Source: Epithemia pelagica | Lineage: Eukaryota; Protista; Bacillariophyta | Reading direction: 5' to 3' | Assembly: GCA_946965045.2 (NCBI GenBank) | Contig: OX337231.1 | Location: forward strand, 3,596,001-3,660,000 | Length of the DNA stretch: 64,000 nt | Part shown: positions 54,312 through 64,000 of the stretch, in pieces | Layout: each line of letters begins with the position of its first letter | Numbering within the stretch: position 1 is the first letter of the stretch | The notes under the pieces: generated by a model | Databases searched by the model: none | What the model was told of the DNA's origin: nothing | What the model saw: only the letters and a program-made list of their open reading frames with translations | Program-made: the position numbers and the translations under genes

Positions 54312-56792
54312 TTAGGAAAGATCATCGGCAGAAACCACGTCTTGCTTTACATCTTGCGAAATTTCCTCCGAAGCAGCACCGACTTGCTTCACGTCTTGCA
54401 AACACGGCTGCGAGTTTTGGATTCCCTTGGCGTAGGCCATTTTGTAAGTGACAAAAATCGAGACGGCAAAGGCCAAGACCGTCACAACAATGCCCACGGC
54501 CAACCCAACCGTGTTGACACCATCATCATCGTCCTTGTCGTCTCCTTGGTCGGGATCCGACGAGAGCAGATCGGCCAGGGGAATCCGGTCCTCTTGACGG
54601 TCCAGGACCACAATCGACGCGGCATCGGGTGTCGTCTCGGGCACCCAGGCCAGATTGAGCGCTTGCGCCATGACACTGCCGAGACTCGTCAGTTTCTCTC
54701 CCACGGGGACGGCACACTGGTGATTTGGACAATTGGTCACACGAACCGTCACGGCCAGCGGCACGACACCTTCGTCTTGTTGGTGATTGAGCATGCGAAG
54801 TTGCACATGTTGCGCCTCGACGCCCAATTCCTTCGCCACGGCGGGTTGCACGGCCGTATAGAGCTTGTCGAGCACCACAAATTCGGGTGCCCCAATAAAG
54901 TCCACCTCTTGAGATTCGGCGGAGGACGGTGGGTTGGCCTCGAGCAGATAGTGTGCCGTAATGTGCACAGTTCCGGCACTTGGTGGGTTGGGCAAGACGG
55001 TTCGAGGACAGGCTGGCACACCCGTCAAATTGGTGGCGGGTGGCAACAAACGGAAAAAGGTGGTGGTATCACCTTCGATACTCACATCGGGATGCATGAG
55101 TTGGACCAAATCTTCCAAAATCAAATCGGGTCGAATTCTTCCGAGATCCCAATACGTGTTGCCCTGGACGCCATGTGCCTGGTCGAGCGCCAGGACGGAC
55201 CCACACCGCAGGGCGAGGAACTGCGAAAAAATGTCGCGGTTTGGATGGAACAGCAATTCATCGGCCCCCGTGAGTTTGAAATTGCACGAGGCCGACCAAC
55301 AATTGGCGCCAATGCCCGCGGCAATCCAATAATCGGCCCATTCAAACAATTCCAGGTACTGTTGAATGGGCACACTGCACCGCGTGTCGCTCGTCCCGGA
55401 CGGACAAACGCCACAGCCCGATCCACAGACCGCGTCCTGGATGGAATTGTCGGAATTGCGGTAATTTACATTGGCATCCCGCAGAAACTGTCCAATGTAG
55501 GTCGATCCGACTGTGATCATCCAACTGTTGCGAGCCGCCTCGTTCCAAGTGCCGGGCTTGCCGAGCATGACGCTGGGACGATACTGCGCCGTGGCGGCCA
55601 ATTCCTTGGCCCGCAGGTAGCGCGTTTCAATGAGATCAAACAGACTATTCCCGGTACTTTCGGATCCGACCAGGAGGGCCATGAGTTTCATGAGCTCGGC
55701 CCGGCCCAAGGGTGTTTCTTCTCCCGGGTCTGCGTCGAGAAACTGTCGGGCCGCAATCTTGGGGTCCGTGGCATGATCGCCGAGCGATCGCGGCTCGGTG
55801 ATCAAGACATCGGGAAAGCCACCGGGCAAATCATTGAGGCGATGATAAATGGGATCGCGGTTGGATGCGGCCTTGCGTTCCACGAAGACTTGTAGCATGT
55901 CGTCGCCGCCACACGTGCCGGTACGGCCCAGCAATACGACACTTTGGGGCAACTGACTATCAAAAAACAACTCGTACGAGAGACTGGTCGGTCGCGCCGA
56001 GGCCTCGCCGTTGGACAAAATCCAGAGAGTTCCCCCTTGCACCCACTCGGGGACCGAAGCAAAGACACCCAAGGCTTGTTCGAGGGCATCGACTGGGGCC
56101 TTGGTGTCGTCGGCCGGATAGATGCAGGCCGTTTCTTGAAGGACACAGAAAGCAGTGTCGGAAGGCGTACAATCGGCATCCACCAGCTGGAGGGTAAAGC
56201 CGGTTCCCACAAGGTGTCCTACTCCCCCCCCAAACCTTATCGTCAGGAGCGTGGACGGTTGTCCATTGAGCGCCACTGTGAGAGGCTGCAGGACTCCATC
56301 GGCTACATCGGTCAGTACTTCAGGCGCTCCGTCGCTGAGAAATCGGGTCGATTCAATGGCCACCACCTTGGATCGCTGTCCCATGTGGTAGAGTTTGGTG
56401 AGTGTGTTGGGCATTTGGACCATGACGGACGAGACGGGGACATGAAGAATGGTGGATCCGACCCACTCGGCCGACAGGGCGGGAACGGGACACCCGCATC
56501 GAACCAAGACCACCTTTTGGTGCGTCGCCGTCATCCACGGACCGCGCGTCGGCCACGATTGTTCCAACAAGACATGGGTATTGGCATACTCCAATCGCGT
56601 CACGCTACTCGCATGGTCCATGGAAATCTTGGTGGCAAAGTGGTCCACATTTGGATCACAATTCACCACACGGTGAGCGCAGCTATCACGATTGTCCAAA
56701 ATGGGAGTCGTATCCTCAGACGACACGGTCCCAGCAGCAGCTAGCAACAGGAGGGAGGTCAAGGTGCTGGAACCAACAAGACAAAGACGCAT
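54312..56792 (-). CDS. CBA1-like / ABC-type B12-siderophore solute-binding-fold protein with signal peptide, insertion and C-terminal TM anchor
   Basis: Signal peptide; CDPNVDHFATK, VVLVRCGCPVP, HVPVSSV, EETPLGRAELMK, SLFDLIETRY, IGQFLRDANVNY, NTYWDLGRIRPDLILEDLVQLMHP; TM VGLAVGIVVTVLAFAVSIFVTY. Intronless. Confidence 0.8.
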   Translation of the reverse strand: MRLCLVGSSTLTSLLLLAAAGTVSSEDTTPILDNRDSCAHRVVNCDPNVDHFATKISMDHASSVTRLEYANTHVLLEQSWPTRGPWMTATHQKVVLVRCGCPVPALSAEWVGSTILHVPVSSVMVQMPNTLTKLYHMGQRSKVVAIESTRFLSDGAPEVLTDVADGVLQPLTVALNGQPSTLLTIRFGGGVGHLVGTGFTLQLVDADCTPSDTAFCVLQETACIYPADDTKAPVDALEQALGVFASVPEWVQGGTLWILSNGEASARPTSLSYELFFDSQLPQSVVLLGRTGTCGGDDMLQVFVERKAASNRDPIYHRLNDLPGGFPDVLITEPRSLGDHATDPKIAARQFLDADPGEETPLGRAELMKLMALLVGSESTGNSLFDLIETRYLRAKELAATAQYRPSVMLGKPGTWNEAARNSWMITVGSTYIGQFLRDANVNYRNSDNSIQDAVCGSGCGVCPSGTSDTRCSVPIQQYLELFEWADYWIAAGIGANCWSASCNFKLTGADELLFHPNRDIFSQFLALRCGSVLALDQAHGVQGNTYWDLGRIRPDLILEDLVQLMHPDVSIEGDTTTFFRLLPPATNLTGVPACPRTVLPNPPSAGTVHITAHYLLEANPPSSAESQEVDFIGAPEFVVLDKLYTAVQPAVAKELGVEAQHVQLRMLNHQQDEGVVPLAVTVRVTNCPNHQCAVPVGEKLTSLGSVMAQALNLAWVPETTPDAASIVVLDRQEDRIPLADLLSSDPDQGDDKDDDDGVNTVGLAVGIVVTVLAFAVSIFVTYKMAYAKGIQNSQPCLQDVKQVGAASEEISQDVKQDVVSADDLS

Positions 56793-58310
56793 GGTAAGTT
56801 AAGGTTATTTTGCTTGGTACAGGACGACGACGGCAGAAAGGATAGAGAGGACGAGGACGAGGAGTCGAGGAGAGATGTGCTTCTTGTGTGCTTGTTGTGG
56901 TCCAACTTCACGTTCCAGTATCCACAGAGAGAGAGAGAGGAACCAATGAGAAATGAGTATGAGTAGGCTGTCTCCTTGCATGGCGAGAGACAAAAGATAC
57001 GGCGAGAGGCCATTTTTGGTTCTTCTTCGGCTCTTTTTGGTTTGTGGCTCAGAGAGAGACAAGACAGAAGTGTGAGAAATAAAGGGCTTTTTCTCAATGT
57101 GGTACGAAAAAGTGTTCGCATTGTTGGCTCGCTCGGCGGACTCTTTGGGGAGCTTCGAAGGAGAGGGGCGGAATGTAGCGAGATCTATTGAAACGACCCG
57201 GAATTACCCCACCATCTCCCCAAAGCGTGTGGCGAGCGATCCAACGCCTCTCTCGACGCTCGAGCATCAGACGATCTGGTCGAAGCTGTCCACAGCAGTA
57301 ATCAGGTAGAGTATAGGAGTACCTCTTTCGAGTTCTCTCTCTCTCTCGAGCAATGGAGTCCATGGTTCCCGTTCGTAGTAGTACTCGCCTCTGTCAAGGT
57401 ATCGCTATATGAAACTTTGCTAGTATTGGACGTGTGAGAAGAAGAATAGGGTAAGGTACACCCAAAAGGCCTTGATTATTAGGAGTATTGTACACCCACT
57501 CGTTTCGGCAAACGGGTGGGTCTTTCGCGAACAACAATAACAGTAGTAATAGGATGATCCTTTTGCAACAATGAGCAAGTCGAACGGCGACGGCGGACAT
57601 CCAAAGTCTACTTCCATTGGGCTTTTTAGCATTTGACTACTTTATTCTGCGAAATGGACAACGCCAACTTCCACAGTTCCCATGCATGTTCCATCAGCTG
57701 TGTTTGCGGTCCTCCTCCAGGCCAAAGCAACACCATGAGCTCGTTCCGAACAAGGTTGGTCCTTTTCGACCTGCAAATTCTGGTATTATGTACTTCTAGT
57801 AGAGACTAGACACACATGTGGAATGTGGGACCATATGAAAGACAACATATTCTAGAGTAGGTAGCTCTAGGGAGACATGCTAGATACAACATGTTACGAA
57901 GATGTATGTGTATGTCGGCCGAATCGTGCACTGGCTCGTTGGAACACGCAAGACACAGACACGAATGTTTAACCCCGCTGTTTTGGTACGACTGCCCAGT
58001 CTGTAAGCAATTCAAAACTGTTCCGACTCAACGGATATGGTTGGTCTTGGTCACGTACGTCGACCGATTCAAAGGACCCAAAGTCGGCCCACAAAGTCCA
58101 AAACCCAAACGGCAACGGACGCATCCGCTAGATTCCCATTACATGCATTCATCTGGGGCATTGGATTGGAATACAGAGCAGGACGATTCTACTTTTCTGG
58201 TTCATTCTCTTGATTTTCGTTTCCTTTCACCAACACAATTCAATCGGCTCTTCCTCTTCTATTGCACAACGAAGATTGAGAGAGTGTTTGGTTCCGACAC
58301 CACACACAAC

Positions 58311-60377
58311 ATGATTACGATCCACAGTGTTGGTTCGGCTCGAACCGTCGGGTTCCCACTCCTCCTGTTGCTGCTGCTTGCTCTAGTAGTGAAAGAGACC
58401 AATGCCAGGCTGTCGCAAGAGGAATTGCTGCAACGGGTCGCTTCCATCGTACCCAACATGGAGGCAAGTGATTGTGTCCATGTGGATGCCTACAAAACGG
58501 AGGACGACGAATCGGATGCAGATTGGTTCGATGTCATGAAGGACTTGGAGGCCACGGAAATTGTCCCCTGGCAACACTTGTGTTCGGCCTGCATCCCAAA
58601 ACAAAACCTCCAACGTCTCGCCCAACACGAAACGATCCAAGGATTCATTGTGGCACCACCACCCATGGAAGCATCGTCATTGTCCTACCATCCCTATCCA
58701 GCCCAATCGGGCTCGGTAGGCAAGGAGGCTGCTCAAGCCACCATGGCCGATATTGCTCGCAAACGATTCAACGTGGATGGTTCCGATGTCAAGGTGTGTA
58801 TTTTTTCCAATTCCTTTGATTGTCGGGAGGGGGACGACAGTTACGAGGCGGACATTGCTTCGGGAGACCTTCCACCGGGTATTGAAATCTTTTTTGAAGG
58901 CAATTGTACCGTCTTGGAAGCCGGAAATAGCGAAACGGTCGATGAAGGACGGGCCATGGCCCAAATCATTCACGATGTCGCACCGGGTGCGCAATTGGCA
59001 TTTTTTGCCACGGGCTCAACCCTTGTCTCGTATACCAATCGGGCCGCGCTCGTTCCAGAAAAGGGCTGTGACGTTGTCGTGGACGATGTGGTCGCTTTCA
59101 CCGAACTCTATTTCCAACGCGATGTACTGAGTCAAGAAATTCGTCGTGTCGTGACACACGAGGAAATTCCTTGGATTTCAGCCGCCGGTAATTTGCATGG
59201 ACAATGGTACGAAACCAAGTTTCATCCCATTCGTACCGATGAGGGACAAATTTGTCACAATTTTGCGGTCGACCCGGACAAGGACATGCCGCAATTGACG
59301 CAAAATTTTACCATCTTTCTCCGAAGGTGGCAAATCTTTTTACAATGGGACCAGCCCTCCATTTATGCTTCGGCACACGTTCCTCCCCCCTTGGACATTG
59401 TCGCCAGTGTCGCGTTTGAGGGAAGTACCCGGCGTGGTCGACCCTTGCGATTATCCACGGCAAATTTCACATCCTTGGGCGATGACATGGCTGGATTTCC
59501 GGGACTTGTCCTAACGTATCCTGCGACCTCCCTTTTTCTTTTTTCTCGTCCCTTTGAAATCCAGATGCAACTCAAAGTGTGTGTGAATAGTGGCAAGTGG
59601 CCCAAGAATTTCAAGTGGTTCTTCCAGGCGTTGTTCAATGACACTACTACATCGAACATTCCCTTTGCCAGTGCCGTGCCGAATGCCACCTCGGGAGAAA
59701 CCTTTGGTCATGTCAACCTGGATGAATCGGTCATTGTTGGGGCCGTCAACGTGGAGGAGACTCCCGTCTTTAGTGGCGAGTTGCCTCAAATACGAAACTT
59801 TTCCTCGTCGGGTGGATCGCAACGGACCTTGGCCGACAATGGACGGCGGCTCAAGGAACCCGAAATTCCCCTCAATCCCAACGTGTGTGGACCCGACAAT
59901 ATCCCCACCACCTTTTTTGGAAGGGTCGATAATCGATTTACGGGAACCTCGGCGGCGGCACCGGTACTGGCGGGAATTGCTGCCCTCATGCTACAAGCCA
60001 ATCCCTCGTTGAAACCGGATCAACTTCTGGAGATACTGCAAGACACGGCCATTGATATGGACGATCCCACCACCACCATCACCACATCCTACCAAGACTA
60101 CCACAAACGAAGGACCAGCATTGCTCCATATCATTCGTTTGAGGAGGATTGGGTAGATCCCAGTTTTGATGTAGGATTTGACTTTAAAACGGGATTTGGC
60201 TTTGTCGACGCCAACAAGGCGGTCGAAGCCGCAGTCACGGGCAAAAAGGGGGGCAAAGGGGGCAAGAAAAGCCCACGGAGTGATGGTGGTGGAAGAGGCA
60301 AAAAGAAGAAGAGAAGAAAACGACGAGGACCCATGCACTACAGACCACGACGACAAATGAAATCGAAATGGAGCTAA
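58311..60377 (+). CDS. Secreted subtilase, bacterial S8/S53-like subgroup (DEGRAM type)
   Basis: Signal peptide LLLLLLLALVV; VDGSDVKVCIFSNSF, DEGRAMAQIIHDVAPGA, VVVDDV, SAAGN, GTSAAAP, GFGFVDANKAV; polybasic tail. ATG 58311. Intronless. Confidence 0.88.
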   Translation: MITIHSVGSARTVGFPLLLLLLLALVVKETNARLSQEELLQRVASIVPNMEASDCVHVDAYKTEDDESDADWFDVMKDLEATEIVPWQHLCSACIPKQNLQRLAQHETIQGFIVAPPPMEASSLSYHPYPAQSGSVGKEAAQATMADIARKRFNVDGSDVKVCIFSNSFDCREGDDSYEADIASGDLPPGIEIFFEGNCTVLEAGNSETVDEGRAMAQIIHDVAPGAQLAFFATGSTLVSYTNRAALVPEKGCDVVVDDVVAFTELYFQRDVLSQEIRRVVTHEEIPWISAAGNLHGQWYETKFHPIRTDEGQICHNFAVDPDKDMPQLTQNFTIFLRRWQIFLQWDQPSIYASAHVPPPLDIVASVAFEGSTRRGRPLRLSTANFTSLGDDMAGFPGLVLTYPATSLFLFSRPFEIQMQLKVCVNSGKWPKNFKWFFQALFNDTTTSNIPFASAVPNATSGETFGHVNLDESVIVGAVNVEETPVFSGELPQIRNFSSSGGSQRTLADNGRRLKEPEIPLNPNVCGPDNIPTTFFGRVDNRFTGTSAAAPVLAGIAALMLQANPSLKPDQLLEILQDTAIDMDDPTTTITTSYQDYHKRRTSIAPYHSFEEDWVDPSFDVGFDFKTGFGFVDANKAVEAAVTGKKGGKGGKKSPRSDGGGRGKKKKRRKRRGPMHYRPRRQMKSKWS

Positions 60378-60899
60378 AAAAATCCATAGACCAATTTCAG
60401 ATTGATGGAACGAATGCCAAACGAAACATGGGCAATGAGAGGAGTCTACATCAACGGGAAGACAACTTGTGAAACTACGTAAAAAGTACTTTATAGTAAG
60501 CCAATGCATACAATCGTTTGACTGTCGGCATCGATGTGTGGTAGGGTGTCGTGGGGCAATCTTGTTCCATGATGAGTCTCCCATTTGGTAACGGGAGGGA
60601 ACAGAGATCTGTGGCACGGAAAGCACAGTCTAGGGCAACATGGATGCGCTGAGACAGGTCATTGACGCTTGACATGTGAAGAGCTGCGGTAATGCGACAT
60701 CAAGAAAGACTATTATCCATCCAAGTACGAGGGGCAAGCTCTAAAAAGAAAGCCTGTCCTCTTTATAAGGTGATACGCTATGATGAATCATAAAATGAGT
60801 ATAAAAAGGACCCAGTTTGGTTGACTATGGATGTACTCCTACTACGGTCGGAGAATCGAGGTCTGTTGTCCCCAGCATCAGATCAATGAACACTTGACT

Positions 60900-61710
60900 C
60901 TAGACGTCTTCTAACCACATGGTATCCGTATCATCCAAGTGTTTGCACAATTCGGCAGCCTCTGGAAGAAACCAATAAAGTTCTGCCTCCTCCAATCCTT
61001 CAATATCTTCCACCACCGCCAAGTCGTTCTCGTTTCGGAATGGTTGGGGATCACCACCATTCAAGGGAATGGGTTGCAAGTCCTGCATGGGAGGGGCGTT
61101 GGTGTCACGAGAACGACGACGGGTCGAACAGTTGGGTCCGTTTTGTTGTGCCCGTTGCAAGGCAATTCGTCGGTGCCGCAAGGCCTGTCCGCCAAAACCA
61201 CAAGAGAGAGAGAGACATGTTGGTCTACATTCGTGGAAGCAAGTTTCATTGACTTCTCTATTGGGTGTCTGACTGCTTACCTGCGACACTTTCATTCGAG
61301 CTTCCGTGTGGGATACTTCGTAAAACTCTCCCGTGTCCGTGTCCAGATCTACAAAGCGACCGCCCGTATCCTGAACGAGAGACACAACCTCATCAGTGAT
61401 GCGGATTTTATCTGTTGGACCACCCAAAGAGAGAGACAGAGAGCGTTCCGAAAGATGTTGTCAGTCAAGTGGCTCAGATGGAATCTAGACGCCAAGCATC
61501 CAGTTTGGCCGTACCTTTGTTCTTCGTGGCCGCGGAATATGAAGCCACATACGACGCTATGATTCTCCGAAAGGCTTGGTTGCCCTGGCGCCCATAGGTA
61601 CCTTTGCCTCGTCCTAGCAACACGTCCACGTTCTTGAGAACAATCGAATTAGAGGAAGACGAGGATGTACTTTTCCCAGTCAAGTTAAACGACGAAGAAG
61701 ATGATGACAT
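60900..61710 (-). CDS. DUF6824-like diatom protein, three exons
   Basis: Exons 61710-61515, 61411-61281 and 61184-60900 joined by GT-AG introns give DVLLGRGKGTYGRQGNQAFRRII...KNK|DKIRITDEVVSLVQDTGGRFV...EVSHTEARMKVSQ|ALRHRR. Confidence 0.85.
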
Positions 61711-62942
61711 GATGGGCCTTCTCACTTGGTTTTACCCATTTACCGACAGTTCCCGACCGATATCACACCGCTTGTCGAGAACCGAGAATTCGTATCGGAT
61801 CAACAAGGCCGACCGGCAAAGATGAAAAAGATCCACGTCGTCTGTCGGCAAAGCGTGTTGGTTTCCTGGTTTGAATGAAGATCGATACTACCCAAATACT
61901 AGATGCAAACAAAGGGTCGTCCAAGGTGCCCTTTTCTTTGTTATGGTTCATTCGATCTCCAAACTCCAAACATACATGTGTGTCGCTGCGTGCTGCGCGT
62001 GGGCTGTGGCTGCTGCTGTCGTTGTGGGAAGATTCACGTGTTTCGTGTTCGAGTGCCCCCCAACAAAACGCCTCAGAGTTTCACGGAGTGCAGAACGGCA
62101 TTCATTGGGTTTTTAGTTGTGACAAGCACAAAGCTATGCCTGCCCATTATTTGGGAGTGTGGCCTAGCTAGGAGTATTGTAGCACATAGACATTGCGCTA
62201 TGTGTTGTTGTTGTTGATTGCTGCTTGTTGGAGATTTTGGGTCTCTCTTCTGCAAGACCACACGAGGACGATACGAACAGTTCGTAGGTCCACCATGAAC
62301 CATGAATGTTGATATTTGGTTCCAGAGCTCCTGCCGTAGGTTGCTGAACCAATCTTTGTGCCGGCGCCCCAGCAAACAGCTGTCGGAACCCAGCCACGTG
62401 ACATTTGTCTTGTTTGCTGTCTAGTAGAACATCGAATGCAGCCCAGTGGGTCGCTAGACACCCATGCACCGAGCGACCAATATCGAGGTTCCAATCAGTT
62501 GCATTTCATGGTACGTCAACAGGGAAGTACACTTTGTATTCTCTCTTCCTTGTCTCACCCAACAAACAAGATCCAATCCTCAGTCTAAATGCACGGCCTA
62601 CCGAGGATACACTGACGACTGCTGATCATCTTTGCCAGGCCAAGCTTTTTGATTTGGACTGGCTAGTGTCGAACTAGTTGCAAACAAGTCTTTTTCTCCC
62701 ATTGCATTGCCGTTTTGTTCGTCGTTGCAGTCGAGTCGGAACCTCCCTCCGACAAGAAGAACTGCAGATGCAGACCCAAACACCGACATGGCAGCGGTTT
62801 GACGCACGAGAGCGAGGGAGAGAGTCCTTGAATATGCAAACGGTCAAGGCCCTGATTGATTCCATCCGACGGTCCATCCCTTCTTTCGGCAATAGACGTA
62901 CAGTGGAAATCCTTGGAAACGTTCCAGCAACAAAGACATGAC

Positions 62943-63650
62943 ATGAATGCTCCTGATTTGGCGACAGAACGTGTCTTGGCGTTCCTTTGACCCTACTTAC
63001 AACCCATTGCCATTGCCGCATCTATGTGACACTCGACTGTCATCGTCTCCCTGTGCGACGGATGGACAAACCCTGTTGATGCGAAACATGAATCAATTCA
63101 TTGCAAAGATCTTTCCATTTGGATCTCTGCAGTGAGGGGTTCATTGGGTTGTTCACACCAAGTAATTATCCATTGCTCTTGGATATCAAACATACGGAGA
63201 CCCTTGCAGGAAAGATACGATGGAGCCAAATGAATAGACATATTTTGCGTAAGATCCAAGCAGTTGTCAGATTGCTGTCAAGGCAGGTGAGCAAACTATT
63301 CATCCCCGAGATGTCGAATCAAGTCTTTCGAAGGGCACGTCCAGCAAGGCCAAGAACAGGTTCTCAAAGAGAAGGACGGTCGATTCGTCGTTGAAACCGG
63401 GATGTCATTCAAGATTTACCAGTACCATGTACCTGTACTTGCAAGCACAAACCAATGTGGACAGCGACGGCACACCAGGTCACTTGATGCCGTTATAATC
63501 ATTTTGAGAACTCTGCCAGAAGCGGTGTGAAAGCCTGATGAAGACGGGCGTCACTGCATCCACTAGTATCGCCAAGCAACATTCATGAGTGTGCCAGAAA
63601 GGGTTGTTCATCTCTCCTGTCGTCCAATCAGTGACTCATTGATCCTTACA
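62943..63650 (+). pseudogene. Possible decayed coding remnant, weakly ankyrin-like
   Basis: Protein-like segments broken by stops and frameshifts, e.g. VLAFL*PYLQPIAIAASM* and LRTLPEAV*KPDEDGRHCIH. Confidence 0.3.
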
Positions 63651-64000
63651 TAGCAAACAGCCCAATTTGCAGCATGGATCGGAGCCACCAGCACCACCGA
63701 AGAATGATAAGCGTGATAGGCCATTGCAGCCTAGTCTTGGAAGCGGCCTAGCCACCCTGTACTTGTCCGCCTAGGCCGATGCAAGGCAGCCTCTGTTTGA
63801 TACAATCGAATACCACCGCAGTTCTATGGAAAAGTTCAAGAGTTCCCATCACATTCATACATTCATCCCCCTGTAGTCATGTTTTTGGTTCGGTTCGCTG
63901 AGCCATATATGTAGTTCTCGTTTGGAGGCTTTGACCAGTCAAGAATGTTTTCTCGGGCAAACAACCCGTGCCTATGGATGAAGCTGGACGCAGCATCTCT

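Noticed and set aside
54225-55895. 556-aa plus-strand ORF
   Set aside because: Antisense shadow of the GC-rich CBA1-like gene.
62300-62420. Copia-like peptide TWLGSDSCLLGRRHKDWFSNL on the minus strand
   Set aside because: Short resemblance only; no DSG protease motif, integrase, RT or LTRs found nearby.
1-64000. Numerous (CAA)n, (CAC)n, (TCG/TCA)n and (GA)n tracts
   Set aside because: Ordinary low-complexity coding and UTR microsatellites typical of this genome; they also generate most of the spurious short ORFs.

Overview
Eukaryotic nuclear DNA, almost certainly from a diatom. The evidence is short GT-AG introns, CAA/CAC-rich low-complexity coding sequence, and typical diatom families (stand-alone HA repeats, DUF6824-like, a single-domain EukCatA-type channel, a CBA1-like protein, a bipartite plastid presequence). 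I can support about 20 intact protein genes. Housekeeping genes are RPN5, zeta-COP, DHX37 and a MAPEG/MGST3-like gene; an ARM-repeat protein is also present. There are several paralog groups: two tandem PC4-fold genes with mitochondrial-type presequences and a shared intron; a head-to-head pair of membrane proteins, one with EF-hands; and a five-member unknown family with a conserved RVxF/PhiPhi PP1-docking-like motif. A birth-and-death tandem array at about 20.8-34.9 kb is built from a coiled-coil gene, an RVxF-family gene and an HA-repeat gene, and includes frameshifted, deleted and chimeric copies. A membrane-anchored CBA1-like protein with an inserted domain, a bacterial-type S8/S53-like protease and a DUF6824 gene lie in the last 10 kb. 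I recognised no rRNA, tRNA, CRISPR array or intact transposon. Family names come from motif recognition by eye, not from database searches.
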